A DNA stretch of 64,000 nucleotides from assembly GCA_964532425.1 (NCBI GenBank), contig CAZHIA010000003.1, positions 201,748 to 265,747 of the forward strand, given 5' to 3'. Positions 26,148 to 34,599 of the stretch are shown piece after piece. The notes below the pieces were generated by a model, which ran no database searches, was not told the DNA's origin, and saw nothing but the letters and a program-made list of their open reading frames with translations. Position numbers and translations under genes: made by a program. Source of the stretch: an uncultured Candidatus Saccharibacteria bacterium (GTDB lineage: Bacteria; Patescibacteriota; Doudnabacteria; UBA920). Every line of letters starts with the position of its first letter. The stretch's first letter is position 1.

Positions 26148-27722
26148 CTAGCTATCACCCATCTCTTTCCACTCATTCCGCTCCCGCAGGCGTCCAAAAC
26201 CTATAGAGTCTCGAATGACATTCCGGGCGGCAATCACCGGCGCGCGGCACACGGTAAAATCGCCATATTTTTTATCAAGCTTGTCTAAGGCCTCATCAAC
26301 GCGCCGGGTGCGCTCGGCGTCGCCGAACAGGCTCAGTTGGTTCACCGCTTCGGACAGGCCGGAAACGGTCACACCTATTAATTTAATACCGCTGATCGGT
26401 CGCTGACGGGAACGCTGATCGGTCGCTGATTTTACAGCCACGTAACCCTCCATATTGATACGGTCAAATATTTTCATACATTCCAAAAAGATTTCCCGAC
26501 CGTCCTGAGTGTTGTAGCCAAGTTTTTTTGACTGGCCATAACACTCATGATCCTTGTCGTGCAGGTGGAAATGTAGCACATTGCCCCATAACCCTTGCAG
26601 CCGCAGGCGACGGCTCACCATTTCGCACAACCGGTAGAGCACGGGCACGAAATACTTCCGTTCCCGGTATTCTTCCGGAAGCGTGTACATATGGCCCATA
26701 GACTTGATGTCTTGTTCGTCCGCCACATCTTCTTTCCAACTGCCTTCCAGCTGTCCCATACTATGCAAATGGTGGCCTAAAATGCCAAACTTGCTGACCA
26801 GCCAGCTTTTAGGGTATTTCCGCAGATCCGCCAGTGTCTTGATTCCCATTTCATTCAGGCGCCGTTCCTGCCGCACGCCAATACCGGGGATATCAATCAA
26901 TTTCAAACGATGGTATAAGTCTTCTTTGGTAAGCACAATAGCCCTGACACCCGCACTCTTCACTCCGCACTCTGCACTTTTCACTACCACCAATCCATCG
27001 GGCTTTTGCAGGTCTGAAGCAATCTTGGCAATGAGTTTATTGGGACCAATACCGACGGAACAGGTCAGGTAGTCACCCACCTCGCGCTTCATCCGCCGCT
27101 TGATGGTTTGGGCAATCTTCACCGCCTCCTCGAACGGGTCGGCTGCTCGGTAATCTTGTTGGTGTTTCATCCAATAATACTCCACTTCGGGATCTTGCCC
27201 GCCCAAAGGCCTCAAGGCCAATGTGGGGGGTCCGCCTGAATGTCTGTCAGGGCTTTCGGCGGAAAAATTGGAAATTGGAAATTTGACCCTGTCATTCGTC
27301 AGGGCCATCCCGTCGCATGACGGGATGGCACCTGACATTTGATAGCTATTCGGCTTCTGGAATGTGGTGATCGGAATTCTGATATTACTTGCCTTCGTAA
27401 TATCCAAAAACACCTCGTCAATGCTGTACACCTCCACTTTGTCCGTATAATCACCCACCACTCTGTGAAGGCGCGAAGCATACAGCCGGTAGCGCTCCGG
27501 ATGCGTCTTGGTCAGGATAATTTTAGGATAGAGCTTTCTTGCCTCCCACACAGCCGTGCCGGTCTTGATGCCCCAACGCTTAGCTTCAATGCTAGCCGCA
27601 ATGATAATACCGCCCAGGTGCTCGCACACGCCGACCGGCTTGCCGCGATACTCAGGATTATCCTGCTGCTCCACCGAAGCGAAGTAGCTGTTCATGTCGA
27701 GATGGAGAATAATGGGAGGCAT
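26148..27722 (-). CDS. dinB: DNA polymerase IV (Y-family, DinB) with extra in-frame segments
   Basis: ILHLDMNSYFASVEQ, SIDEVFLD, IGPNKLIAKIASD core motifs; ~75-aa and ~12-aa insertions relative to E. coli DinB coincide with repeat DNA. Confidence 0.75.
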   Translation of the reverse strand: MPPIILHLDMNSYFASVEQQDNPEYRGKPVGVCEHLGGIIIAASIEAKRWGIKTGTAVWEARKLYPKIILTKTHPERYRLYASRLHRVVGDYTDKVEVYSIDEVFLDITKASNIRIPITTFQKPNSYQMSGAIPSCDGMALTNDRVKFPISNFSAESPDRHSGGPPTLALRPLGGQDPEVEYYWMKHQQDYRAADPFEEAVKIAQTIKRRMKREVGDYLTCSVGIGPNKLIAKIASDLQKPDGLVVVKSAECGVKSAGVRAIVLTKEDLYHRLKLIDIPGIGVRQERRLNEMGIKTLADLRKYPKSWLVSKFGILGHHLHSMGQLEGSWKEDVADEQDIKSMGHMYTLPEEYRERKYFVPVLYRLCEMVSRRLRLQGLWGNVLHFHLHDKDHECYGQSKKLGYNTQDGREIFLECMKIFDRINMEGYVAVKSATDQRSRQRPISGIKLIGVTVSGLSEAVNQLSLFGDAERTRRVDEALDKLDKKYGDFTVCRAPVIAARNVIRDSIGFGRLRERNEWKEMGDS

Positions 27723-27983
27723 GCTATTAATTCAAAATGAAAAATTCAAAATTCAAAATGTAGGTGTCCGCCGAAGGCGGACTCTATAACTTTTAACTTT
27801 ACACTTTTAACTTTGAACTGATATGTGTACGTTCGTTCACCTTATTATGATAGCATAAAAAAACGGCCAAAGCCGTAAGTTGTCCACAAGAAGCTTTCAG
27901 CTATCAGCTTATAGCTGTTAGGAGGGGCCGATAAAAAGAACTTCAATGCTGGTATTCCTATAAGCTAAAAGCTATAAGCTTGC

Positions 27984-28463
27984 CTAATGTTTTTTCTCCT
28001 GCCCTCCCGGCAGGCTCCCGTGGTGTTCGCTTCCCTGGGCGCCGTGTTGTTGGCTGTGCTGTCCGTGTCCCCCGCCATGATGTGCATGGTGGTGAGCCGC
28101 CAGCTCCCGCCGCACATGAACATGGCGCTTCTTATGAAAAAAGAAGATGGTCAAACCGAACAGCAGATATCCTGCCCAGAATGGCCAGCGCTTATATGGC
28201 TCGTAACCAACGATCGGTACTATAACGAGAAAGTCTCCCAGCAGGGAAAGCAACAGCCAGACAATAGCCGTCATCAGTCCTTCCAGGTAGTTAATCACCC
28301 CGAGGCGCCGGCAGCAGGCCAACGTGGCCAGGCAAATTAAAAAGCCGAACAGAACCTGGGCAAACAAAGTATCTATCCCGGTGAATTTGAAAAAAAGGAC
28401 CTTAATGGCAACCGTAAGCAGCCAGGCCAGAAAGCCGTAGCCAAAAAATTTTTTGAAGGTCAT
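27984..28463 (-). CDS. hypothetical membrane protein, His-rich C-terminus
   Basis: four TM helices; HHHAHHGGGHGQH tail. Confidence 0.45.
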   Translation of the reverse strand: MTFKKFFGYGFLAWLLTVAIKVLFFKFTGIDTLFAQVLFGFLICLATLACCRRLGVINYLEGLMTAIVWLLLSLLGDFLVIVPIVGYEPYKRWPFWAGYLLFGLTIFFFHKKRHVHVRRELAAHHHAHHGGGHGQHSQQHGAQGSEHHGSLPGGQEKKH

Positions 28464-28467
28464 ATAA

Positions 28468-28551
28468 ATATAAAACCTTTAACATTTAACATTTGACCTT
28501 TAACTTAATACAAAACCGGTCAAATGTCATATGTCAAAGGTTAAATGTTGT
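28468..28551. repeat. MITE-like element, TTTGACATTTGACC family copy 1
   Basis: AACATTTAACATTTGACC ... GGTCAAATGTCATATGTCAAAGGTTAAATGTT inverted arms. Confidence 0.6.
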
Positions 28552-28563
28552 CTTGGCAATAGA

Positions 28564-29082
28564 CTATTTCACGGTTTTTCTTGCCACGCGCTTGCGCACA
28601 GTCGGTTTGACGGTCGGTTTTATGGTAACCGGCATCCGTTCTACTTCCTTCGAAAGGTCTTCCAACTCCCACAAGCCCTTTTCCAAATCGCGGGCCACAT
28701 CTGCGGTCAAGTGCGAGATACGGGTTTTCAGTGTACCGGGTTGATAAGAGGGCTTGACCCTGGCGCTGGCATACAACAGGTGTTCCAAAAGGCCGCCATG
28801 GATATTGCTTTCATACACTGCCTCATACCAGTATGAACCGATCCAGATCCCATACCAAACACCACCGAGCAGGGCAAAAACCATCGTGATATACTCCAGC
28901 GCCAGGAATTCGATCCCGGATAAGCCGAATGTCAGAAAATCATTGCTCTCTGCTAAGATGACGAAATACAAAAACACTGCGATCCGGTGCAGGATCAAAA
29001 AGAGCAATGCCCCTAACAGCGCGGTGAGAAAAATATAAAAAACTTTTCTCGCTCCATTTGTCATATAATTTTTATTTCCCAA
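28564..29082 (-). CDS. hypothetical membrane protein
   Basis: 172 aa, several TM helices. Confidence 0.45.
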   Translation of the reverse strand: MGNKNYMTNGARKVFYIFLTALLGALLFLILHRIAVFLYFVILAESNDFLTFGLSGIEFLALEYITMVFALLGGVWYGIWIGSYWYEAVYESNIHGGLLEHLLYASARVKPSYQPGTLKTRISHLTADVARDLEKGLWELEDLSKEVERMPVTIKPTVKPTVRKRVARKTVK

Positions 29083-29141
29083 AGATATTATTTGGTTTTA
29101 GTATAGAATAGTTTGCGGAAAAACGCAAATCATTGTTACTA

Positions 29142-29222
29142 ACATGCGACATGTAACCTTTGACATTTGACCAACCGAAACAGATTCACGTCAAATGTTA
29201 AATGTCAATTGTCAAATGTCCT
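29142..29222. repeat. MITE-like element, TTTGACATTTGACC family copy 2
   Basis: TAACCTTTGACATTTGACC ... GTCAAATGTTAAATGTCAATTGTCAAATGTCC. Confidence 0.6.
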
Positions 29223-29229
29223 ATTGGGA

Positions 29230-30237
29230 CTATTTAGTACTCAAGATGCTCTTCTTGTAACTATCCAAATTATCCAAGGCTACACCGGTTCCTTTCGCGA
29301 CGCACAGGAGCGATTCTTCCGCCACGAAACAGGGCACGCCAACCGACTGGGAAATGTAATGGTTCAAATTTTTGAGCAGCGCGGTGCCGCCGGTCATAAC
29401 CATACCCTTGTCAATAATATCCGAAGCCAGCTCCGGCGGTGTTTCCTGCAACACGGTCTTGACCGCCTTGACTATTTCACGCAACTCTTCCTGGATTGCA
29501 TCCACCGCTTCATTGGTAGAGACAGTCACGGTCTTTGGCAGGCCGGTAATCATATCCCGCCCTTTTACCTCCATCAATTCCTCTTCAGGCATGCGGACAG
29601 CCCCGCCAATGGTGACTTTGATATCTTCTGCAGTCCGGTCCCCGATAGCAATGTTGTGGCGGCGCCTGACGAAATCAATGATAGCCTGGTCCAAACGATT
29701 ACCCGCGACGCGCACCGAGGTGGAATTGACGATTCCACCGAGCGACAATACAGCCACGTCCGTGGTCCCGCCTCCGATATCGATGATCAGATTGCCGGAC
29801 GCTGAAGCAATAGGGATACCGGCACCGATCGCCGCTGCTACGGTCTCCTTAATGACATATGCCTGCTTGGCACCAGCTGCAATTGCAGCGTCGATCACCG
29901 CGCGTCGTTCGGTTGAAGTAATACCTCCCGGCACCGAAATCATGACTTCCGGACGGAAGAAACGAATATTACCGAGAGCCTTGTTAATAAAATACCGGAG
30001 CATAGCCTCTGTTACCCGGTAATCAGCAATAACCCCATCCTTCATAGGGCGGCTAGCAACAATCGTCTCTGGAGTACGCCCGAGCATTTCTTTGGCCTCC
30101 TGTCCCACCGCGAGGACCTTATTCTCTTCCAATGAAATAGCAACAACCGTAGGCTCATTGATAATAATCCCCTTTTTGGGGACGAATACCAGAGTATTAG
30201 CCGTTCCGAGATCAATGCCAATTTTCGTTTCAAACAT
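29230..30237 (-). CDS. mreB: rod-shape protein MreB
   Basis: start MFETKIGIDLGTANT; actin-fold phosphate motifs DIGGGTTD. Confidence 0.9.
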   Translation of the reverse strand: MFETKIGIDLGTANTLVFVPKKGIIINEPTVVAISLEENKVLAVGQEAKEMLGRTPETIVASRPMKDGVIADYRVTEAMLRYFINKALGNIRFFRPEVMISVPGGITSTERRAVIDAAIAAGAKQAYVIKETVAAAIGAGIPIASASGNLIIDIGGGTTDVAVLSLGGIVNSTSVRVAGNRLDQAIIDFVRRRHNIAIGDRTAEDIKVTIGGAVRMPEEELMEVKGRDMITGLPKTVTVSTNEAVDAIQEELREIVKAVKTVLQETPPELASDIIDKGMVMTGGTALLKNLNHYISQSVGVPCFVAEESLLCVAKGTGVALDNLDSYKKSILSTK

Positions 30238-30350
30238 GAAATATAATCCTAAACTACGAATAGTATCCAAATGCCCCAAATGGACCCAATTCGATTTGAA
30301 TCATTCGGATTGCGAGTATTCGGAGCATTCGGATTATATTAATATACCTA
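30238..30350. mobile_element. ~100-bp MITE-like derivative (R1-A) of the 42761-43208 GxxExxY cassette, in mreB 5' region
   Basis: ATAATCCTAA...GCCCCAAATGGACCCAATTCGATT...CATTCGGATTGCGAGTATTCGGAGCATTCGGATTATAT; ~80% identical to 48055-48158. Confidence 0.6.
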
Positions 30351-30415
30351 ACGACTTATTATACCAAACGTTGGTGTATTGTTAAAGCCCCATTTTTCCT
30401 GTAAAATAGGCATAT

Positions 30416-31708
30416 ATGTCCAAAAAGGCCCGCTATCTCCTGCTTGTTTTCGGCTTTCTCGTGTTCATAGTCCTGGCTCCCATGATTGTCATGTACGCCA
30501 CCGGCTTACGCTATGATACCGCCTCAGGCAGGTTCACCCCGACAGGATTGATCGCCATCCGGACCGACCCACGGTCCGCCAGCATTACCGTTAATGGAAA
30601 ACCCAGACTCAAGTCAGCAGGTGACATCAAATTTCTGGAACCAGGCGAATACGAAATCTCCATCAAACGAGATGGCTACTTTGAATGGAGCAAGCGACTG
30701 CAAGTCAAGGAGAACCAGGTAACCTGGGCCAACCCCGTACCGAATAAAATATTCCTGTTCCGCAAAGACCAACAACCCCAGCAGCTCGCCAGTAACATCA
30801 CTGATTTCAGCATTATCGGAAGCCAGGTATTAGCGGTCACAAACGGGGGGCTGAGTTTGTTTTCTCTCAACACTCCTCAGGCGAGCGAGAATTATCCCCT
30901 CTCCGAGCCGGTCGACACGATCTTAGCTGTGCAAGGCGACCAGGCTGTTGTTGGCCAGTCTTCCAGCACAAACCCCGCTCTATACTACTTTAACCGCAGC
31001 GACAGAAAGACCACAGACTTAAGTAGCCTGTTCTCTTCAAAGCCGACGGTCAAGATCGCTAGCGATGGCACCCTTTTTGCCCTTGACCAGGGCAGCTTAT
31101 ACCGCCTCAACCCTACTGCCCGCACCAAACAGCTTATCACGACCCACTGTTCTGCGTATGCACTGGAGGGGCATAACCTGTATTACACAACGGACGTTGA
31201 CAGTAAGAATACGCTCTATGTCGCGGGGCTGGACGGCCATAATCCACAAGTGCTATTTGAAAACATTCCAAGCTTCTTAAGCGGAGACATTTTTATCACC
31301 TCGCAAAAGCAGGCATTCCTCAAGGCTGATAACAAACTGTATGTTATCCGATTGGGGTTGGACTTGCTTTCCGATAATGTGGATGAAGTCGATTTCAACC
31401 AGGAAGCCGGCACCCTACTGTTCCACCACGGTGGGGAGGTTAGTAACTACAACTTCGGCCAGCAGAATGTCGACCTGGTCACGAGAAGCGATGAACGACT
31501 CGCTTCACCTATCCTTGACCAGCCAACCAGCGTCGCATTCGTCATCAAGGGCAACCGCGCTGAAGGCATCGAACTCGATCCCCGCGACCGTCAAAATGAG
31601 TACGTCTTCTACGAGGGCAAGAACCTGACTAAAATTTCACTCTACCGTCAATCTACGGCCTTACTGGTGCTCGATGGCGGGACGTTACAGGAGATAAAGA
31701 TCAGGTAG
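30416..31708 (+). CDS. PEGA-domain membrane-anchored protein
   Basis: N-terminal TM; IRTDPRSASITVNGKPRLKSAGDIKFLEPGEYEISIKRDGY = PEGA domain. Confidence 0.6.
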   Translation: MSKKARYLLLVFGFLVFIVLAPMIVMYATGLRYDTASGRFTPTGLIAIRTDPRSASITVNGKPRLKSAGDIKFLEPGEYEISIKRDGYFEWSKRLQVKENQVTWANPVPNKIFLFRKDQQPQQLASNITDFSIIGSQVLAVTNGGLSLFSLNTPQASENYPLSEPVDTILAVQGDQAVVGQSSSTNPALYYFNRSDRKTTDLSSLFSSKPTVKIASDGTLFALDQGSLYRLNPTARTKQLITTHCSAYALEGHNLYYTTDVDSKNTLYVAGLDGHNPQVLFENIPSFLSGDIFITSQKQAFLKADNKLYVIRLGLDLLSDNVDEVDFNQEAGTLLFHHGGEVSNYNFGQQNVDLVTRSDERLASPILDQPTSVAFVIKGNRAEGIELDPRDRQNEYVFYEGKNLTKISLYRQSTALLVLDGGTLQEIKIR

Positions 31709-31756
31709 GGAGAGATGGTTATAGGTTATAGTTCGCAAGATCCTATGGTATTTTAA

Positions 31757-31788
31757 AACCCCCTTATCACAAGGGGGTTAATTTTATT
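31757..31788. terminator. bidirectional terminator
   Basis: AACCCCCTT-ATCACA-AGGGGGTT then AATTTTATT. Confidence 0.6.
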
Positions 31789-31792
31789 CACA

Positions 31793-32209
31793 CTACGCTT
31801 TTACTGACAGAGCTTCGTCGATTGCCTGATTTACGAGTTTGTCTGCCGCTTTGTTCAATTCCCGTCGCACATGGGTAAAACTGATCGATTTGAAATTGCG
31901 AGTCAGCTTAAACACTTCCTGGGCCAGTTTTTGCAGGCTCGGTTCTTTGATCTTGTACAAACCTTTCATTTGCTTGACGACCAACTCCGAATCCATTTGC
32001 ACCTGAATGTCCTGCTCACTACGCTTAACGGCTTCCTGCAGCCCCAGGATCAATGCCCTGTATTCCGCCACATTATTCGTAGCTTCGCCGATATATTCCT
32101 TAAACTCTTCGGTTATCTTACCGTTCTTCTGAAATACCACCCCGATACCAGCCGGGCCGGGATTGCCCCTGGCGCCGCCATCGGTATTGATTACAAGTTT
32201 TTCGGACAT
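31793..32209 (-). CDS. rnhA: ribonuclease HI
   Basis: INTDGGARGNPGPAGIGVV ... DEDHN-type motifs of RNase H. Confidence 0.85.
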   Translation of the reverse strand: MSEKLVINTDGGARGNPGPAGIGVVFQKNGKITEEFKEYIGEATNNVAEYRALILGLQEAVKRSEQDIQVQMDSELVVKQMKGLYKIKEPSLQKLAQEVFKLTRNFKSISFTHVRRELNKAADKLVNQAIDEALSVKA

Positions 32210-32230
32210 TTGTTTTTTAATACTGGTAAT

Positions 32231-33958
32231 TTATCTTTTCCTGATATCTATAACCCTTAATTTCACGCTTTGCCGGCCATTCCAACTGTCAGCGACCAGC
32301 TCAGCTGCCACATCTATAGTATCGCCAAGATTCACATTTTTTGCAAAGTCAGAAGCGTTAAAGACTATGGCGCCAATCTGACGATCCCCGGCTTGCAATT
32401 GCAGCTGTAAATGCTGTTGGCTTGCTCCAACGAGCCGAACCGACCGAACGGATAGGCCCTCTACCAAGAATTTCGGCTTTGTGTTATCCACACCGAACGG
32501 TTCGAACTTAGCCACCGCCGCTGCCGTTTCCAGCGTCAGCTGCCTGGTGTCGAGTATCGCTTCCAGTTCCAATTTGGAGCGCATATCATCTTCACTCAGG
32601 AATTCCTCCGCATACTCCAGCATTTTACGGTAAAAATCCTCATATTCGCCAGCTCTCAAGGTCAGGCCGGCAGCTTGTTTGTGCCCGCCAAACCGGCATA
32701 AATGCTCAGAAGCATGCTTTAGTGCCTCGACCACATTGAATTCCCCTATGGTCCGGGCCGAGCCAGTGGCTGTCTCGCCGTTTTTCTCCATGACAATGAC
32801 CGGCTTCTTGTATTCTTCGACCAGGCGCCCAGCCACCAGGCCGACTACGCCTTTAGACCAGCCTTCACCCATAATGATCAGGATCTTCCGGTCCTTAATG
32901 AGCTCTATTTGTTCCCGGGCTTCACTCAAAATTCGCGCGGTAATATCCTGTCGATTCTGATTAATCTGCTCTAGTTGGTCTGCCCTCACCGCTGCCTGGA
33001 GAGGATTCTCCTCAAGCAGCAGGTGCAAGGCGATATTTGCATGTTGGAGCCGGCCTGCAGCATTCAATCGCGGGGCAATAACGAACCCGATCGTATACGT
33101 ATCCGGCATGCGGGCGGAACAATCCACGTTAGCCCTGGCACACAGAGCCTTGAGGCCTGCCCAGCGCGTTTTAGTCAGAACCGTGAGACCAAACTTTACC
33201 AATATGCGATTTTCTCCCAGCAAGCTGTGACAGTCAGCTACAGTTCCAATCGCGACCAGGTCAAGGAGCCACTTTTCCCAAGCTGCGACAAACGGCTTTT
33301 TGAGCATATCCCGACGCTCTTGAACCTTGCTGTGTTTGGAAAGCAGACCGCAGGCCAATTTGTATGCCACACCGACGCCGGTAATCTCATGGTATGGGTA
33401 TTGATCTGCCGGATTTTTCGGGTTGATGAGCGCCAGAGCATCCGGAACAGGGCCAATAATCTCGTGGTGGTCCGTAATAATCAAATCAAGGTTGTTTTGC
33501 TTACAGTATTCAGCCACATCGACGGAATTTGTACCGCAGTCCACGGTAATCACGAGCTGCGCCCCAAGATTCTTAATCTTATCGAATGCCTCCAAGTTCA
33601 ACCCGTACCCTTCCGTAAACCGGTCCGGGATATAGCTTTCCACCTCGACACCTAAGTATCGGAAAGTCTGCTGCAGCACCGCATTAGCAGTTACCGCGTC
33701 CGCATCGTAGTCTCCGTAAATGAAGATCTTCTCCTTGTTCCCAATCGCCTGCCAGACGCGCTGTACGGCTTTTTCCATATCCATAAACAAAAACGGGTCA
33801 TGGAGGGACTCGTATGATGGGTGCAAGAATTGTTCCGCTTCGGACGGCTCTAAAAGACCTCGGCGATACAGTAGCTGCGCAGTCAAATCATCGTACTCTG
33901 CCAGCTGCTTGCGTATTTGTGCCGGAATTTCAGGCGCTATATTCCAGGTGTGAGGCAT
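32231..33958 (-). CDS. recJ: single-stranded-DNA-specific exonuclease RecJ
   Basis: DHH motifs (IYGDYDADAVT, DCGT, ITDHH) and DHHA1 GGHxxAAG. Confidence 0.85.
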   Translation of the reverse strand: MPHTWNIAPEIPAQIRKQLAEYDDLTAQLLYRRGLLEPSEAEQFLHPSYESLHDPFLFMDMEKAVQRVWQAIGNKEKIFIYGDYDADAVTANAVLQQTFRYLGVEVESYIPDRFTEGYGLNLEAFDKIKNLGAQLVITVDCGTNSVDVAEYCKQNNLDLIITDHHEIIGPVPDALALINPKNPADQYPYHEITGVGVAYKLACGLLSKHSKVQERRDMLKKPFVAAWEKWLLDLVAIGTVADCHSLLGENRILVKFGLTVLTKTRWAGLKALCARANVDCSARMPDTYTIGFVIAPRLNAAGRLQHANIALHLLLEENPLQAAVRADQLEQINQNRQDITARILSEAREQIELIKDRKILIIMGEGWSKGVVGLVAGRLVEEYKKPVIVMEKNGETATGSARTIGEFNVVEALKHASEHLCRFGGHKQAAGLTLRAGEYEDFYRKMLEYAEEFLSEDDMRSKLELEAILDTRQLTLETAAAVAKFEPFGVDNTKPKFLVEGLSVRSVRLVGASQQHLQLQLQAGDRQIGAIVFNASDFAKNVNLGDTIDVAAELVADSWNGRQSVKLRVIDIRKR

Positions 33959-34096
33959 ATATTATATTGTACCAGGCTGGCAATGAAAAACCAATTAACC
34001 GCCAAGATACAAATATAGAAGAATAGAAAATAGAAAAATTACCCAAAGCCATAGATACCCTTAACAAACCATGATAATCAAGAATTTTTAAAAAAA

Positions 34097-34125
34097 CTCA
34101 AAAATATTGACAAAAAACAAAAATT
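34097..34125 (+). promoter_or_regulatory. consensus sigma70 promoter
   Basis: TTGACA (34097-34102), 17-nt spacer, TATAAT (34120-34125). Confidence 0.6.
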
Positions 34126-34158
34126 GTTGTATAATTGTCTCATTCATCCAGGAGGAAC

Positions 34159-34416
34159 ATGCCTAATACAAATCGCCGCAACGGCAAGAGCAAGTATCCC
34201 CTCTTCAATCAAATTAAGGCGGATCGATATTTCCGATTCATCGAACTGCCCGAAGGAGAAGCAGAAAAGGGAAAATATATTCTCCGGAAGTGGGACAATA
34301 AAACAGCGCTCGTCGTAAGCGCCGATGAATACCCTCTTCACCTCAACGGTCCGTTGCGCGTCGGATCCTTCGTCAATGTCAGGACGAACAGCAAGGTCGC
34401 ACTGCAAACTATGTAA
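34159..34416 (+). CDS. hypothetical small basic protein
   Basis: AGGAGG SD then ATG (MPNTNRRNG); 85 aa. Confidence 0.5.
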   Translation: MPNTNRRNGKSKYPLFNQIKADRYFRFIELPEGEAEKGKYILRKWDNKTALVVSADEYPLHLNGPLRVGSFVNVRTNSKVALQTM

Positions 34417-34421
34417 ACGAA

Positions 34422-34469
34422 CTCCCGTTCAAATCCGCATAAAGCGGATCGGAACGGGAGATTTTTTTT
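34422..34469 (+). terminator. rho-independent terminator (nested hairpin)
   Basis: CTCCCGTTC...ATCCGC-ATAAA-GCGGAT...GAACGGGAG then TTTTTTTT. Confidence 0.65.
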
Positions 34470-34599
34470 AAATGAACAAATATTATAAGAATAAGTAAAA
34501 ATGATCAATAATTATTCTTGTCATTTTTAATTTTTGTTCATTTTTGTCATTACAGCCATAAACACCCGCACACGAAACAACGACGAACTCGGTATGCGA

